Source: Chthonomonadales bacterium (GTDB taxonomy: Bacteria; Armatimonadota; Chthonomonadetes; Chthonomonadales; CAJBBX01). From it: a stretch of DNA of 64,000 bases. Shown here in pieces: positions 37,165 through 50,511 of this stretch. Under the pieces are notes generated by a model, which saw only the letters and a list, made by a program, of their open reading frames with translations, was not told the origin of the DNA and made no database searches. The stretch spans positions 1-64,000 of the forward strand of contig JBBIPC010000004.1 in the NCBI GenBank assembly GCA_037443035.1. The letters are read 5' to 3'. A program made the position numbers and the translations under genes. Within the stretch, counting starts at the first letter, position 1, and each line of letters begins with the position of its first letter.

Positions 37165-39084
37165 GTGCCGGTGGTTAGCCCTGCGCAAGTCCAGGACATC
37201 CGGTGTACGATCGACAAGGCACGCGCTTGGCTTCTTGCGCGACAGCACGATGATGGCCACTGGGTTGGAGAGCTGGAGGGCGACACGATACTCGAGACTG
37301 AGTATGTGCTTCTGCACTGGTTCCTCGGGCGGACGGACAGCACGAAGATACGCGAACTCTGTCGCTACGCAGTCGAACAGTGGCAGCAGGAGGATGGCGG
37401 CGTGCCGCAATACCCCGGCGGTCCGTCGGATGTCAGCGCCTCCGTGAAACTCTACTTCGCCTGCAAGCTCGCCGGTTACACAGCCGACGAGCCCTTCATG
37501 CAGCGCCTGCGTGATTGCATCCTGCGCCTCGGCGGCGTGACGGAGTGCAACACCTTCACCAAGCTCTACCTGGCCGTCTTCGGTCAGTACGACTGGGACG
37601 GAGTACCAACAATACCGCCGGAGCTGTGCCTGCTGCCGCGCTGGTCCTACCTGAATATCTACGAGATGTCCTCTTGGTCACGTGGCATCCTGATCCCTCT
37701 CTCTATCATCAACGCGACGAAGCCGAGGCGACAGGTTCCTCCGGAGTGCTCCATTGATGAGCTGTTCGTAGGTGGGCGTCACGGGCCGCACCTGCGACTC
37801 AAGCCCGATCGCCGGCCATTCACCTGGAGGAGCTTCTTTCTTGCTCTCGACCGGCTCCTCAAGGTCTACGACAAGTGCCCGATCAAACCTGGGCGGATCT
37901 TGGCTATGCGAACGGCTGAGCGGTGGATGTTGGAGCGGCAGGCTGGCAGCGGGGGGCTTGGTGCCATCTTCCCTGCCATGACTCACGCCGTCATGGCATA
38001 CAAGTGTCTCGGCTATGCAGACGATCATCCAGCGGTGCAGCATGAGCTTAGCGAACTCGAAGCCTTCGAGATGAGAGACGAACGAGGCATTCGGGTTCAA
38101 CCTTGCGTCTCGCCTGTCTGGGACACCGCCATCGCGTTGAATGCACTCCTCGAGTCGGGCGTTCCCGGAGACGCACCAAGCGTACAGAAGTGCGTGAGAT
38201 GGTTGCTGAGCAAAGAGACGCGAGTCAAGGGCGACTGGGCGGTCAAGGTGCGGGGTGTCGATCCTGGTGGTTGGTTCTTCGAGTACGAGAACCAGTTCTA
38301 CCCAGACGTGGACGATACAGTCATGATCTTGATGGGACTTCGGAAGGCCGTCAGGCGTGGCTGCTGCATAGACGACATAGAGCCTGCGATCGCCCGAGCT
38401 GTGCGGTGGGTGAGAGCCATGCAGTGCCGCGACGGAGGCTGGGCTGCGTTCGATCGCGACAACACGCGCGCGGTCTTCCAGTACGTTCCGTTCGCTGACC
38501 ACAACGCCATGCTGGATCCACCGACAGCAGACATAACTGCGCGGACGATCGAGGCGCTGACCGAGCTAGGTGTTCCGGCCACGGACACGGCTATCAAGCG
38601 TGCGATCGCGTTCGTGTGGCGCCACCAAGAACCGGACGGCTCGTGGTTCGGTCGCTGGGGCGTGAACTACCTCTACGGCACCTGGCAATGCCTTCAAGGG
38701 TTGGCCCGCGCTGGCGTCCCCGCTGAAGACCCGCGGATACGGAAGGCTGTACAGTGGCTTGTTCGGTCGCAGAATCCAGACGGCGGTTGGGGTGAAACGT
38801 GCGAGACCTACGACAAACCCCATCTCAAAGGCAACGGGCCTAGCACTCCATCGCAGACGGCCTGGGCGGTCCTCGGCCTCACCAGTGCGGGCGAAGCTGC
38901 ATCGGAAGCCTGTCGACGCGGAGTGGACTTCCTGGTCCGAACACAGACCGAGGACGGATCTTGGGAAGAGCCCTGGTTCACGGGTACCGGGTTCCCGCGC
39001 GTGTTCTATCTGCGTTACCACTATTACCGCCACTACTTCCCCCTCTGGGCACTGGGGCGTTACGTGTCCAGCGTATCTCGTTAG
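37165..39084 (+). CDS. shc: Squalene-hopene cyclase
   Basis: Catalytic YPDVDDT, several QW repeats, SPVWDT, GRWGVNYLYGT, TGTGFPRVFYLRY. Confidence 0.97.
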   Translation: MPVVSPAQVQDIRCTIDKARAWLLARQHDDGHWVGELEGDTILETEYVLLHWFLGRTDSTKIRELCRYAVEQWQQEDGGVPQYPGGPSDVSASVKLYFACKLAGYTADEPFMQRLRDCILRLGGVTECNTFTKLYLAVFGQYDWDGVPTIPPELCLLPRWSYLNIYEMSSWSRGILIPLSIINATKPRRQVPPECSIDELFVGGRHGPHLRLKPDRRPFTWRSFFLALDRLLKVYDKCPIKPGRILAMRTAERWMLERQAGSGGLGAIFPAMTHAVMAYKCLGYADDHPAVQHELSELEAFEMRDERGIRVQPCVSPVWDTAIALNALLESGVPGDAPSVQKCVRWLLSKETRVKGDWAVKVRGVDPGGWFFEYENQFYPDVDDTVMILMGLRKAVRRGCCIDDIEPAIARAVRWVRAMQCRDGGWAAFDRDNTRAVFQYVPFADHNAMLDPPTADITARTIEALTELGVPATDTAIKRAIAFVWRHQEPDGSWFGRWGVNYLYGTWQCLQGLARAGVPAEDPRIRKAVQWLVRSQNPDGGWGETCETYDKPHLKGNGPSTPSQTAWAVLGLTSAGEAASEACRRGVDFLVRTQTEDGSWEEPWFTGTGFPRVFYLRYHYYRHYFPLWALGRYVSSVSR

Positions 39085-39087
39085 TGA

Positions 39088-40098
39088 GTGAGCAGCATGC
39101 GATATCCCCTGGGTTTCACCATAGCGCAGTTTCGCCACCGAACGGCAATGCAGCGGCAGGGGCGCACGCGTTACCCTACCGTGCTCATGCTGGAGCCGCT
39201 CTATACCTGTAATCTGGCGTGCATCGGATGCGCGGTGGAGCGACACACCGGTAAGCTCGCGGACCGCCTCAGCTTGGAGCGATGTCTCCAGGCAGTTGAC
39301 GCATGCGGCGCCCCTATCGTGAACCTCTGCGGTGGGGAGCCAACGCTATATCCGGAACTGCCACAGCTCGTCCAAGCATTGATCGACCGTCGCCGGTATG
39401 TGCTGTGTTGTACCAACGCCCTCAAGCTCGATTCGAAGGTGTTCGGCGTCATACCACCGCATCCTCAGTTCTATCTAATGATCCATCTCGACGGCATGCG
39501 CGAGACCCACGACATGGTCTGCCAGAGGAAGGGCGTCTTCGACAACGCCGTAGCCGGAATCAAGGAGGCCAAGCAGCGGGGATACGTGGTGATGATCAAC
39601 ACCACGGTATACAAGGAAACGCGGGTGGAGGAAGTCGAGGAGCTGTGCAGGCTGGCCGAGGAGCTACACACCGACGGCATTCTTCTATCACCCGGCTACG
39701 AGTACGAGAATGTCGAGGCGGATGTGTTTCTTACCCAAGAGCAGACCCACGAGAAGTTCCGCGAGATCGTGAAGTTCGCGAATCGGTACAAGATCAACGT
39801 CACTCCCACGTTCCTGTCTTTCGCGGCGGGTCTGCTGGAGCTTCCGTGTTCGCCATGGTCCACCGTGAACTACACGCCGCACGGATGGCGCGCTCCGTGC
39901 TACCTGATAGGAGAGAGATACTACCCCGACTGGGAGTCCTTCTGGAACGAGACGAACTGGGGGTACTGGGAAAGCCGTGTGGATCCTCGCTGCCGCAACT
40001 GCAGAATGCATAGCGGTTTCGAGCATAGCGCCGTGACGGAGACGATGAAGACACTCGCCGGTCGCCTCAAGCTCGCGGCGTGGACACTCTCGAAGTAG
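39088..40098 (+). CDS. hpnH: Hopanoid radical SAM adenosylhopane synthase
   Basis: VLMLEPLYTCNLACIGC, CTNAL, SPGYEYE, APCYL, DPRCRNCRMHSGFE; follows shc. Confidence 0.9.
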   Translation: MSSMRYPLGFTIAQFRHRTAMQRQGRTRYPTVLMLEPLYTCNLACIGCAVERHTGKLADRLSLERCLQAVDACGAPIVNLCGGEPTLYPELPQLVQALIDRRRYVLCCTNALKLDSKVFGVIPPHPQFYLMIHLDGMRETHDMVCQRKGVFDNAVAGIKEAKQRGYVVMINTTVYKETRVEEVEELCRLAEELHTDGILLSPGYEYENVEADVFLTQEQTHEKFREIVKFANRYKINVTPTFLSFAAGLLELPCSPWSTVNYTPHGWRAPCYLIGERYYPDWESFWNETNWGYWESRVDPRCRNCRMHSGFEHSAVTETMKTLAGRLKLAAWTLSK

Positions 40099-40105
40099 CG
40101 CTGCG

Positions 40106-41134
40106 ATGTCCGGTCCGCTTGCCCTTGTGACCGGTGCGACAGGATTTGTCGGATCCCATGTGGTAGAAGCGCTTCTCGGTAATGGCTATCGCGTTCGTGC
40201 CCTGGCGAGGCCAACGAGCCGCCGCGAAAACATCGCCGGGATGGACTGCGAAGTCGTGCTGGGCGACTTGCTGCAACCAGACACGCTGCATCGGGCCGCA
40301 ATGGGAGTCGACCTCGTGTTCCACGTCGCGGCGGACTATCGTCTGTGGTCACGGGACCCGCGAAGTCTCTACCGAACGAATATCGAGGGCACGGCCAACG
40401 TGCTCGAAGCTGCTCATGCGGCAAGAGCCCATCGCATCGTCTATACAAGTACGGTGGGTGTACTCGGCATTCCGGGCAACGGTTCACCAGGCACGGAGCA
40501 GACGCCAGTCACCCTGCAGGATATGGTAGGACACTACAAACGCAGCAAGTTCCTGGCCGAGGAACGCGCCCGCAAGATGGCCCAGGAGATGGCTCTCGAT
40601 ATGGTCATCGTCTACCCCAGCACGCCTGTTGGAGAGCGGGACATCAAACCAACGCCGACCGGGCGCATCATCGTTGATTTCCTCAACGGTCGCATGCCGG
40701 CCTATGTAGACACAGGGCTGAACCTAGTGGACGTGCGCGACGTGGCGGCTGGGCACGTACTGGCTGTAGAACGAGGCAGTGCGGGAGGGCGTTATATTCT
40801 TGGCAACCAAAACGTGTCCCTCAAGCAGATTCTGGAGATGCTTGCAGATATCGTGGGCCGACCGGCACCGCGGGCACGTTTGCCCTATTGGGTAGCGTAT
40901 GGGACCGCAGTGCTGGACACGTTTTTCCGCGGCACTCTGCTCGGAAGGGAGCCGCGCGCCCCGCTGGAAGGTGTGCGGATGGCTTCGCGGCGCATGTATT
41001 TCGATGCATCCCTGGCAGTTCGCGAACTGGGTCTGCCGCAGTCACCAGTGCGCGAAGCCCTCCGGCGGGCCGTCGCCTGGTTCATCGCGAACGGCTATGT
41101 CGCGCGGTGTTCCCAGCCGGTAGCAGCACACTAG
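40106..41134 (+). CDS. hpnA: Hopanoid-associated NAD-dependent epimerase/dehydratase
   Basis: GATGFVG, HVAADYRLW, GHYKRSK, DIKPTPTG. Confidence 0.9.
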   Translation: MSGPLALVTGATGFVGSHVVEALLGNGYRVRALARPTSRRENIAGMDCEVVLGDLLQPDTLHRAAMGVDLVFHVAADYRLWSRDPRSLYRTNIEGTANVLEAAHAARAHRIVYTSTVGVLGIPGNGSPGTEQTPVTLQDMVGHYKRSKFLAEERARKMAQEMALDMVIVYPSTPVGERDIKPTPTGRIIVDFLNGRMPAYVDTGLNLVDVRDVAAGHVLAVERGSAGGRYILGNQNVSLKQILEMLADIVGRPAPRARLPYWVAYGTAVLDTFFRGTLLGREPRAPLEGVRMASRRMYFDASLAVRELGLPQSPVREALRRAVAWFIANGYVARCSQPVAAH

Positions 41135-41145
41135 AAAGGATCGGG

Positions 41146-42076
41146 ATGCGTACGCGTCGCTACCACTCGGAATCAGGGAGGATTGTGGAAGTCGCCGAAG
41201 AGGTCGGCTTCTGCTTTGGAGTCAAGCGCGCCATCTCCATGACCGAAAAGGTCCTGGGCCGTGAGCAGCCAGTCTTTATCGTCGGTGATCTTGTGCACAA
41301 CCGGATGGTCACAGAGCGCCTCGAGGCACGCGGTCTTCGCAAGGTCAAGACGCTCGATGCAGCTTCAGACGGCATCATGGTGGTGCGCGCGCATGGATTG
41401 CCCCGACAGGAGCTGCGTTCCGTACAGGAGCGAGGGCTCGCAGTCGTGGATGCCACCTGCCCCATCGTCCATCGCGCCCAAGAGGCCGCACAACTCCTCG
41501 AAGAGCGAGGTTGTCAGGTCGTCGTCATTGGCGATGCGAATCACGCCGAGATCAAAGGGATCGCCGGTTCGCTGAAGGAACCGCCGCTGATCATTGAGAC
41601 CCTCGACGAACTGCGCGCTGCCAAGGCGAGCCACCGGCTGCGTCGAAAAGTTGGCGTCGTATTCCAGACAACGCACTCCCTCGAGCTCTGCAAGGAACTG
41701 GTTGCGGAACTGATCTTTCTCTGCAAAGAGGTTCAGATCATCAACACGATTTGCCGTCCAGTGCAGAACCGACAAGACGACGCCGTCGAATTGGCCGAAC
41801 GGGTGGATCTGATGCTCGTTGTGGGAAGCGCTACGAGCGCCAATACGATGGAGCTTGCGGCACTCTGTCGTGCCCACAATCCGTGGACTAAGCACATCGA
41901 GTCTGCAGAGGACTTACGGCCGGAGGACCTGGCCTGGCCAGCACGGATTGGGATCGTGTCGGGCCTCTCCACGCCGGAGCAATGCGTAGAGACTGTGCGA
42001 GACGCAATACTGGCGGTCGCCGAGTCGCCCGACCCTTCGCAGCGGCCGGACCCCTCGGTCTACGAGGCAGATCACC

Positions 42077-42084
<8 letters not shown>
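41146..42084 (+). CDS. ispH: 4-hydroxy-3-methylbut-2-enyl diphosphate reductase
   Basis: GFCFGVKRA, HN, RAHG, DATCP, QTT, NTIC, SANT; AAAGGA RBS. Confidence 0.92.
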
Positions 42085-44619
<2,535 letters not shown>

Positions 44620-44645
44620 GGTCACGTCTCCTTTCTTCAAACCCT

Positions 44646-44688
44646 GCCTGCAGCCAGCAGGCGATTGCGAGACCGGCCGCGTTGCCGG
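44646..44688 (-). promoter_or_regulatory. Candidate ANTAR-binding dual-hairpin RNA in the amtB leader
   Basis: CCGGC-AACGCG-GCCGG and GCA-AUCGCC-UGC (6-nt loops with A1/G4); the second overlaps an alternative stem GCCUGC/GCAGGC. Confidence 0.5.
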
Positions 44689-44799
44689 ATGGGCATAAGG
44701 CGTCCAACGGACTGAACCATGCGCGAACAAGCATGGTCCTGTGCTGTGGACATGCTCGGGGATAGGATGGTGAGAAGGGCCGATGCGCCGAGCCGATGA

Positions 44800-45381
44800 C
44801 TACAGAGCCAGGTTCGCCGTCAGCACGATGGCCTCGGCAACCTCACGCAGCGTCTTGCCATAAGCAGAGGAATGCAGACGCATGCGGCGCATGGCTTCTA
44901 TTTCGTGGACTCCGTGGCGCCGCATGAGGATCCGACGAGCCTCTTGGACCACCCTCTCGGTCTCCATCTCTTCTTTGAGGGCATTGCATTGCCCCTCCAG
45001 CGCAAGGAGTTCACGATACCGTGCAGTAGCTATCTCGAGCGCAGGCTGGATGTCCTGCCGACTGAATGGCTTGACAATGTAGCCGAGCACGCCAGCACGA
45101 CTGGCCTCCTCGATAAGGTGCGCTTCGCTGTATGCGGTGAGGAGTACGACCGGACACAGGCGTTCGCGGCCCATCATGGCCGCTGCCTCCAGGCCCGTCC
45201 CGTTTGGCATGCGGACGTCGAGCACAGCCACCGACGGCCCAGCCTCGCGGGCCAACCTCACTGCTTCGTAGCCTCCTGAGGCCTCGCCGACCACTGTGTG
45301 GCCAAGGTCTTCCAGGAGTGCACGGAGATCCATCCTGATTACAGCGTCATCGTCGGCGATGAGGACGCTGAGTTTTTTCAT
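44800..45381 (-). CDS. ANTAR-domain response regulator (NasT/PdtaR-like)
   Basis: REC motifs IADDD, LDVRMP, LTAY, KP; C-terminal ANTAR-like ARRILM..EAM..M..S..LREVAEAI. Confidence 0.9.
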   Translation of the reverse strand: MKKLSVLIADDDAVIRMDLRALLEDLGHTVVGEASGGYEAVRLAREAGPSVAVLDVRMPNGTGLEAAAMMGRERLCPVVLLTAYSEAHLIEEASRAGVLGYIVKPFSRQDIQPALEIATARYRELLALEGQCNALKEEMETERVVQEARRILMRRHGVHEIEAMRRMRLHSSAYGKTLREVAEAIVLTANLAL

Positions 45382-45425
45382 GCTATATATCGTACCCGCG
45401 CACCCTGCACGCGTGTCAATGCCTG

Positions 45426-45455
45426 TTGACGGTCGGGCGAAGAGCTCGGTATAAT
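45426..45455 (+). promoter_or_regulatory. tRNA promoter
   Basis: TTGACG-18 bp-TATAAT. Confidence 0.75.
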
Positions 45456-45471
45456 CTTCTCGTCCGGTCGC

Positions 45472-45543
45472 GGGCGGTTGGCTCAGTGGTAGAGCGCCTC
45501 GTTCACACCGAGGAGGTCACTGGTTCGAATCCAGTATCGCCCA
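45472..45543 (+). tRNA. tRNA-Val(CAC), CCA not encoded
   Basis: Acceptor GGGCGGT/ATCGCCC, D arm GCTCAGTGGTAGAGC, anticodon arm CCTCG-TTCACAC-CGAGG, T loop GTTCGAATC. Confidence 0.96.
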
Positions 45544-45610
45544 CACATCCAAGAGCGCAGTATGGAAGTTCCGCTATCTCCGCGTTCCGCCTTTCTCTAG
45601 CGCGCCACCT

Positions 45611-48175
45611 CTACTCCGCATCCTCTGGAGGTCGGAACAGATGCCTGGGGAACGGGCGCCCGGGACGCTGGGCCAACCACACAGCACGAGCGACTACCTC
45701 TGCGTCAGCACGGTCAACGTCCGACCAATCTAGCCGTGACGAAGCCACTGCAAGGTGCCTGGCTTCTCCACGGAGAGTCGTCGCGGACTTGTTCAGCTCG
45801 TCCAGCGGTACGCGGTTGGGCCGGTGGACGTACGGCGTGAGGTCAGCAGTACTGGTGAAACACTCGCGCAAGGGTCTGCCGGCACGGTCGAACCTGTTCA
45901 TCGCCGGAATGCCCAGCACCAGCTCGATCGTCCGCACAATACCCGTGTGGTCGTACATTCTGCTCACCACCGCACGCCGCCTCGTGTAGGGAGAGACACA
46001 GTAGGCAAGCGTTCGATGACCATCCACGTGGTCCACACCGAGCTGGGAATCATCTTCGATGCACAAGATCAGCGTCTCGCTCCAGAAACGGCTGTGGCTC
46101 AGGGCATCCACAATCCGACCGAACGCGAGGTCATTGTCTGCTACACAGGCACGCGGCGTCGGCATGCCTGGAGTTGTCCCTGCTGTATGGTCGTTCGGCA
46201 GGAGGATGATGCTCAGCGCGGGCATTCTGCCGCGCCTCTCCCACTCCCGCAGATCGGAAAGGAATTGATCCGCCCGCCACTGATCGGATACGTTCATGGG
46301 GAAACCGATGGCATGTGGGTGGAGATGCGGCCGCAGAGCTGCGTTGTCGGTCTCGGCAAAGATCTGGAATCGCCCGGACCCTGTCCGGTAGTCGTTCCAC
46401 AGCTCTGACCACGATGGCCTGCCTCTTCGTTGCGGGTCTTTCCGGTCCACGATGCGCGGGCGATTCACGAACTCTCCGAACACTCGCACCCACAGCCTTT
46501 TCCGAGCCGCTGCCGTCCAGAGGAAGCCCTGAGGGGAGTACGCCAACGCGTCGCCGCCGTCGTACGGATAGCTCCGGGCATACGACGAGTAGTTCTGCTC
46601 CATGTAAGCGTTGCACAAGGACGCTGACGTCCACTGGTGCCCGTCCGCTGAATTCGTGCCGCTCGTGTATGTGTTGTCCAGGAGCACGAACTCCCGCGCT
46701 ATCGCGTGCTGGTTAGGTGTTACCTCTTCACCAAACAGGCACAGTTTGGGGTCGCCGTTACCCTCAGGCATATCGCCGAGGGTGACGTCGTAGGTGTGAT
46801 TCTCCTTGATGACGTAGACGACGTGTTTGAAGACGGACGGCTCACCCACGCGCTCTGGCACGGGTACTGGTACTATGCCGCGCCTGGGAGGGAGATCGTC
46901 CCCCCACCGGTTGTTGGCGGCGACCTGCTCGGTCCACTGAGCTAGGTGTTCCATGTCCTGCCGCCTCACTTTCTGAACAGTGCCCGTGCTCGCGTGCACC
47001 CAGAATCCTCCCTGTCGCTTATCCCCTCGAGATCCCATACCTTTCGCAGAGGCTATCCACAAGGCGTCGTCCGTCCATGCCACGGCTACAGGGAACCACC
47101 CTGTGGGAATGTAGCCAGCAGGCGACTTGACCGAGGGAAGCCCGTCCCCGTCGAGCGGTACGACGGCCACTGCATTGATTCCACCACAACTCACGTAGAG
47201 CGTCCGCTTGTCTTCCGTCAGCGTCACGCTGGTCGGCATGTGGCCGAACACCGTACCCTCTGCGGCCCTCACCGTGAGCGATGCTACGACTCGCAGCTTA
47301 CGCACGTCGATCACGCTGACGGTGTCATCATCGGAGTTGGTGACGTACGCATATGTGCCGTCATCGCGAAAGCACAAGCCTGATGGTTGTCTTCCGACCT
47401 TCACGCGAGCCGTGGTACCTGTCTCCGTATCAACCACCACGACGGTGCCCTGACATACCGCGTCCGTGCGAGGATCGATGCGGACCCCGATGCCAGCCGT
47501 CAGCGCACTGGTTCTGCGCCTGCCCTCAGCCTCACCGCCTCGGCATGAGACCCATACTCTCCGACCGTCAGGTTGGACTGCCACGTGGTAGGGGCACACG
47601 TCCACGGGCACGCGCGCCTTCACCGTGCCGCTCGGCAGATCGACGATCGCCAGAACATTGCGCGTTCCCAGTGCCACAGCCAGCGTCTGGCCATCGGCAA
47701 GAAGCGCAAGTCCGCTTGCCTGCGGATCCGCTGGAAGGCCCTTGGGGCGGTCGGCCGATGCTTCCAGCACGATTTCACGCAGCACTCGTATCTGCCCCTG
47801 CTCCACAGCGCATTCGACAGCTTTCGCACCGGCCGAGAAGTACAGGCGCTTCGAATCGCGGCTCCATGCGATCCCCAGTGGACCTCCCCCGCGCGCAAGG
47901 GTGACTGGCGCCGCCGAATCGGTACCGTACACAACGATGCGCCCAGGGCACAAGACGGCCACCTTCGATCCGTCCGGAGCGACGGCCATGTCCTTAGGAC
48001 GGTCGTTCGGGATGAGCCGAGTCTCCCCCACCGGCGAAATGCGCTGCGAGGTCGGCACGAGTGCGCTGCCGTCGGGCAGGATGCCGATCTCTTCGCGATT
48101 CTGGCGGCTAGCGACGACGAAGACGCCTCTCGCCAACGTGAGTAGGAAAACCAAGAGCAGAACACGGGACCTCAT
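45611..48175 (-). CDS. YncE/YVTN beta-propeller plus phosphoesterase/alkaline-phosphatase-like protein
   Basis: YVTNSDDDTVSVID repeats, KENHTYD, SADGHQW, LPNDHT, EDD..DHVDGHR. Confidence 0.88.
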   Translation of the reverse strand: MRSRVLLLVFLLTLARGVFVVASRQNREEIGILPDGSALVPTSQRISPVGETRLIPNDRPKDMAVAPDGSKVAVLCPGRIVVYGTDSAAPVTLARGGGPLGIAWSRDSKRLYFSAGAKAVECAVEQGQIRVLREIVLEASADRPKGLPADPQASGLALLADGQTLAVALGTRNVLAIVDLPSGTVKARVPVDVCPYHVAVQPDGRRVWVSCRGGEAEGRRRTSALTAGIGVRIDPRTDAVCQGTVVVVDTETGTTARVKVGRQPSGLCFRDDGTYAYVTNSDDDTVSVIDVRKLRVVASLTVRAAEGTVFGHMPTSVTLTEDKRTLYVSCGGINAVAVVPLDGDGLPSVKSPAGYIPTGWFPVAVAWTDDALWIASAKGMGSRGDKRQGGFWVHASTGTVQKVRRQDMEHLAQWTEQVAANNRWGDDLPPRRGIVPVPVPERVGEPSVFKHVVYVIKENHTYDVTLGDMPEGNGDPKLCLFGEEVTPNQHAIAREFVLLDNTYTSGTNSADGHQWTSASLCNAYMEQNYSSYARSYPYDGGDALAYSPQGFLWTAAARKRLWVRVFGEFVNRPRIVDRKDPQRRGRPSWSELWNDYRTGSGRFQIFAETDNAALRPHLHPHAIGFPMNVSDQWRADQFLSDLREWERRGRMPALSIILLPNDHTAGTTPGMPTPRACVADNDLAFGRIVDALSHSRFWSETLILCIEDDSQLGVDHVDGHRTLAYCVSPYTRRRAVVSRMYDHTGIVRTIELVLGIPAMNRFDRAGRPLRECFTSTADLTPYVHRPNRVPLDELNKSATTLRGEARHLAVASSRLDWSDVDRADAEVVARAVWLAQRPGRPFPRHLFRPPEDAE

Positions 48176-48210
48176 CGGATCACTCCTCTCGAGCGTGTGG
48201 GGCCTGCCCT

Positions 48211-49473
48211 CTACAGACCTACCATGCTGCGGAAGTTGGTCCGGAAAAGGCGATCCACATCTTGACGGATGTCATCCAGGTATACCGGCCGCCCGGCATC
48301 TGCCAGTGCTTCGTAAGTGTCCGCAAGCGCCTCTCCGACGACTCGCCGAGACACTGGCCACTTGTAGAGAAGCTGATCCAGCACTCTGGCGTCCGAATGC
48401 TGCGCCACGAAGGTCGCCCCCAGCATCTCCAACCGTTCCCGGGTAATCTCGCCCACGATAGATGGGTTGTTGAGAAACCACCAGCAGCCGAACGGGAGGA
48501 TGTTCCCGAACTTTCGCGCGCATACGCACAGTTCGTGTTGGTTCTCCCTCGATAGCATGGTGACGAGATAGCGAACTGTGGGGAAGTCCTGCACCAGCCG
48601 CTCCAGCACCGTCACGTCGGCGCGTCCTACCCCGTCCCCGGCGAGCTGCAGCTTCGGGTTCACCTGGCGTCGTACGCCAATCATCAGTCCCATCGGGAGT
48701 CCGTGTTCGTGGCATGTGGGCAAGACTACCTTCCGCAGCAGGGAGGCCCGCGCCGACTCATCTGGATAGGCGAAGTCGGCTGGTAGAGACACAGCAAGGT
48801 AGAGAGGATGCATCCTCTCGATCCAGTCATCGAGGAAGCGACGTGCTTCCGCAGATGTGCGATCGCCTATTACCGTGGAAACGTCGTAGCCTTCCTCTCT
48901 CATGCAGGCACATGCTTGGGGCCAGTTAATGAGGATTCGATCCAGGCGTAGAGCAGCGCGGTAGCGGGGATTCAGCTCGCGGCCCGTCCGCCAGACACCA
49001 GCTTCGTCTGCGTCGAAGGGGTCGTTCGTCATCACCACGACATCCACACGGGCCATGTCGAGAACCTTATTGGCGTATGTGCCCGCCTCCTGATCGGCAA
49101 AGTAGGCCCGGGCCTCGCTCAGGTCCCGCGCGCAAGGATCCAAGCCCAGCGCTGACAACACACGTACTACACCTTGAGCGGCTTCCGAGATGGGGGGGCG
49201 CTCGACGAAGAGCGTGCGCCAAATGAGATCTGCTTGCTCGCGTTGCGACAGCGCCCAGAACGTGTCATAGTCCAGAGGAGCGACACGGAAAAGCTCGGCC
49301 ACAAGGTAGTGGTAGTTGAGGAGGGCATCTATGCCCCAGAGGTTCAATTTGCCGAACTCTGGTGCGAAAAGATGCGTATGCATATCCGTTACGGTAGCGG
49401 CGCCGACTGTTTCGAGGACAGCCGATCGGATACTGGTTCGCGGTAGTGGACGGGGGGTCTGAGTCACGTGCAT
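48211..49473 (-). CDS. uxaC: Uronate (glucuronate) isomerase, divergent amidohydrolase type
   Basis: DMHTHLF, LNYHYL, MTNDP, FGCWWF, QHSDAR. Confidence 0.85.
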   Translation of the reverse strand: MHVTQTPRPLPRTSIRSAVLETVGAATVTDMHTHLFAPEFGKLNLWGIDALLNYHYLVAELFRVAPLDYDTFWALSQREQADLIWRTLFVERPPISEAAQGVVRVLSALGLDPCARDLSEARAYFADQEAGTYANKVLDMARVDVVVMTNDPFDADEAGVWRTGRELNPRYRAALRLDRILINWPQACACMREEGYDVSTVIGDRTSAEARRFLDDWIERMHPLYLAVSLPADFAYPDESARASLLRKVVLPTCHEHGLPMGLMIGVRRQVNPKLQLAGDGVGRADVTVLERLVQDFPTVRYLVTMLSRENQHELCVCARKFGNILPFGCWWFLNNPSIVGEITRERLEMLGATFVAQHSDARVLDQLLYKWPVSRRVVGEALADTYEALADAGRPVYLDDIRQDVDRLFRTNFRSMVGL

Positions 49474-49573
49474 CGCTCCGTTCCATGGGCATGGCCGGCG
49501 CTCTCCAAAGAGGGCGATCGGCAGCATTCAGTATATTCGCCCTCCACCTCCATGTCAAACGGCTAGAAGGGAA

Positions 49574-50497
49574 ATGGACGCAATGATCCTCGGGATCGTC
49601 ATTAGCCTCACGGCGCTGGGGAGTGCCTCCTCAGGCGCCAAGCAAGTTCAAGCTGCTGAGGCGATAGTTTCTTCGTCGTCTGCGCGCATTCTGCACGCGG
49701 GGACGGAGGTCCCGTTCGAGCAGATGGTCGCTGACTTGGCGCGAGCGGATGTGGTGTGCCTGGGCGAGCAGCACGACCATGCCGAGGGTCACGCGTTCCA
49801 GTTGCAGCTTGTGCAATCTCTCGGAAGCAAGGCACCGTCCATCGGTCTGTCGCTGGAAATGTTCGAGAGGGACGTTCAGATCGTTCTTGACGAGTACCTC
49901 CAGGGCCACATCACGGAAAGCGCGTACCTCGCGGCGGCCAGGCCATGGCCTCGATACAAGACGGACTATCTTCCGCTCGTCGAATGGTGCAAGGCCAATG
50001 GCCGACCGGTTATCGCTGCGAATGTGCCGCGTCGCTACGTGAACATCGTTGCACGCCTGGGCCAGGCCGCCTTGCTGAAGCTGCCTAGAGCATCTCGAGC
50101 GTTCTTGCCGCGCCTCCCGTACAGCATGGATCTCCCACGCGAGTACGATGCCGCTCTAGATCAGGTGTTCGGCGGCGCACACAGCCAGGCCGATTCCACT
50201 GCCACCCCGCGGCCGAACCTGATGAAAGAGGCGCAGGGTCTCTGGGATCATGGCATGGCGGAGAGCATCCTCGACTCCGTGCGGAAACGGCGCCTGCATC
50301 CGGTAGTGCATGTAGTCGGCTCCATGCACTGCGAACGAGGGTTCGGCATCGTGGATCGGTTGCGGAGGGCTGCTCCTCGATTGCGCATCTTGACGGTAAT
50401 TGTCGTGCCTCAGCCACGGGCTGGAGACCCACCCCTTCCCGGTGACCTTGGCGACTACGTTGTCCTCTGCGCCCGGATCGAGGGCGCGTCTCGATAG
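49574..50497 (+). CDS. ChaN family (TIKI-like) exported protein
   Basis: LGEQHD, LEMFERDVQ, DYLPLVE, ANVPR, AQGLWD..MA, GSMH. Confidence 0.85.
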   Translation: MDAMILGIVISLTALGSASSGAKQVQAAEAIVSSSSARILHAGTEVPFEQMVADLARADVVCLGEQHDHAEGHAFQLQLVQSLGSKAPSIGLSLEMFERDVQIVLDEYLQGHITESAYLAAARPWPRYKTDYLPLVEWCKANGRPVIAANVPRRYVNIVARLGQAALLKLPRASRAFLPRLPYSMDLPREYDAALDQVFGGAHSQADSTATPRPNLMKEAQGLWDHGMAESILDSVRKRRLHPVVHVVGSMHCERGFGIVDRLRRAAPRLRILTVIVVPQPRAGDPPLPGDLGDYVVLCARIEGASR

Positions 50498-50511
50498 CCG
50501 ACAACCGCCCG

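Noticed and set aside
45472..45610. tRNA-Val as an island integration site
   Set aside because: No integrase or duplicated tRNA 3' end seen; flanking genes look host-like
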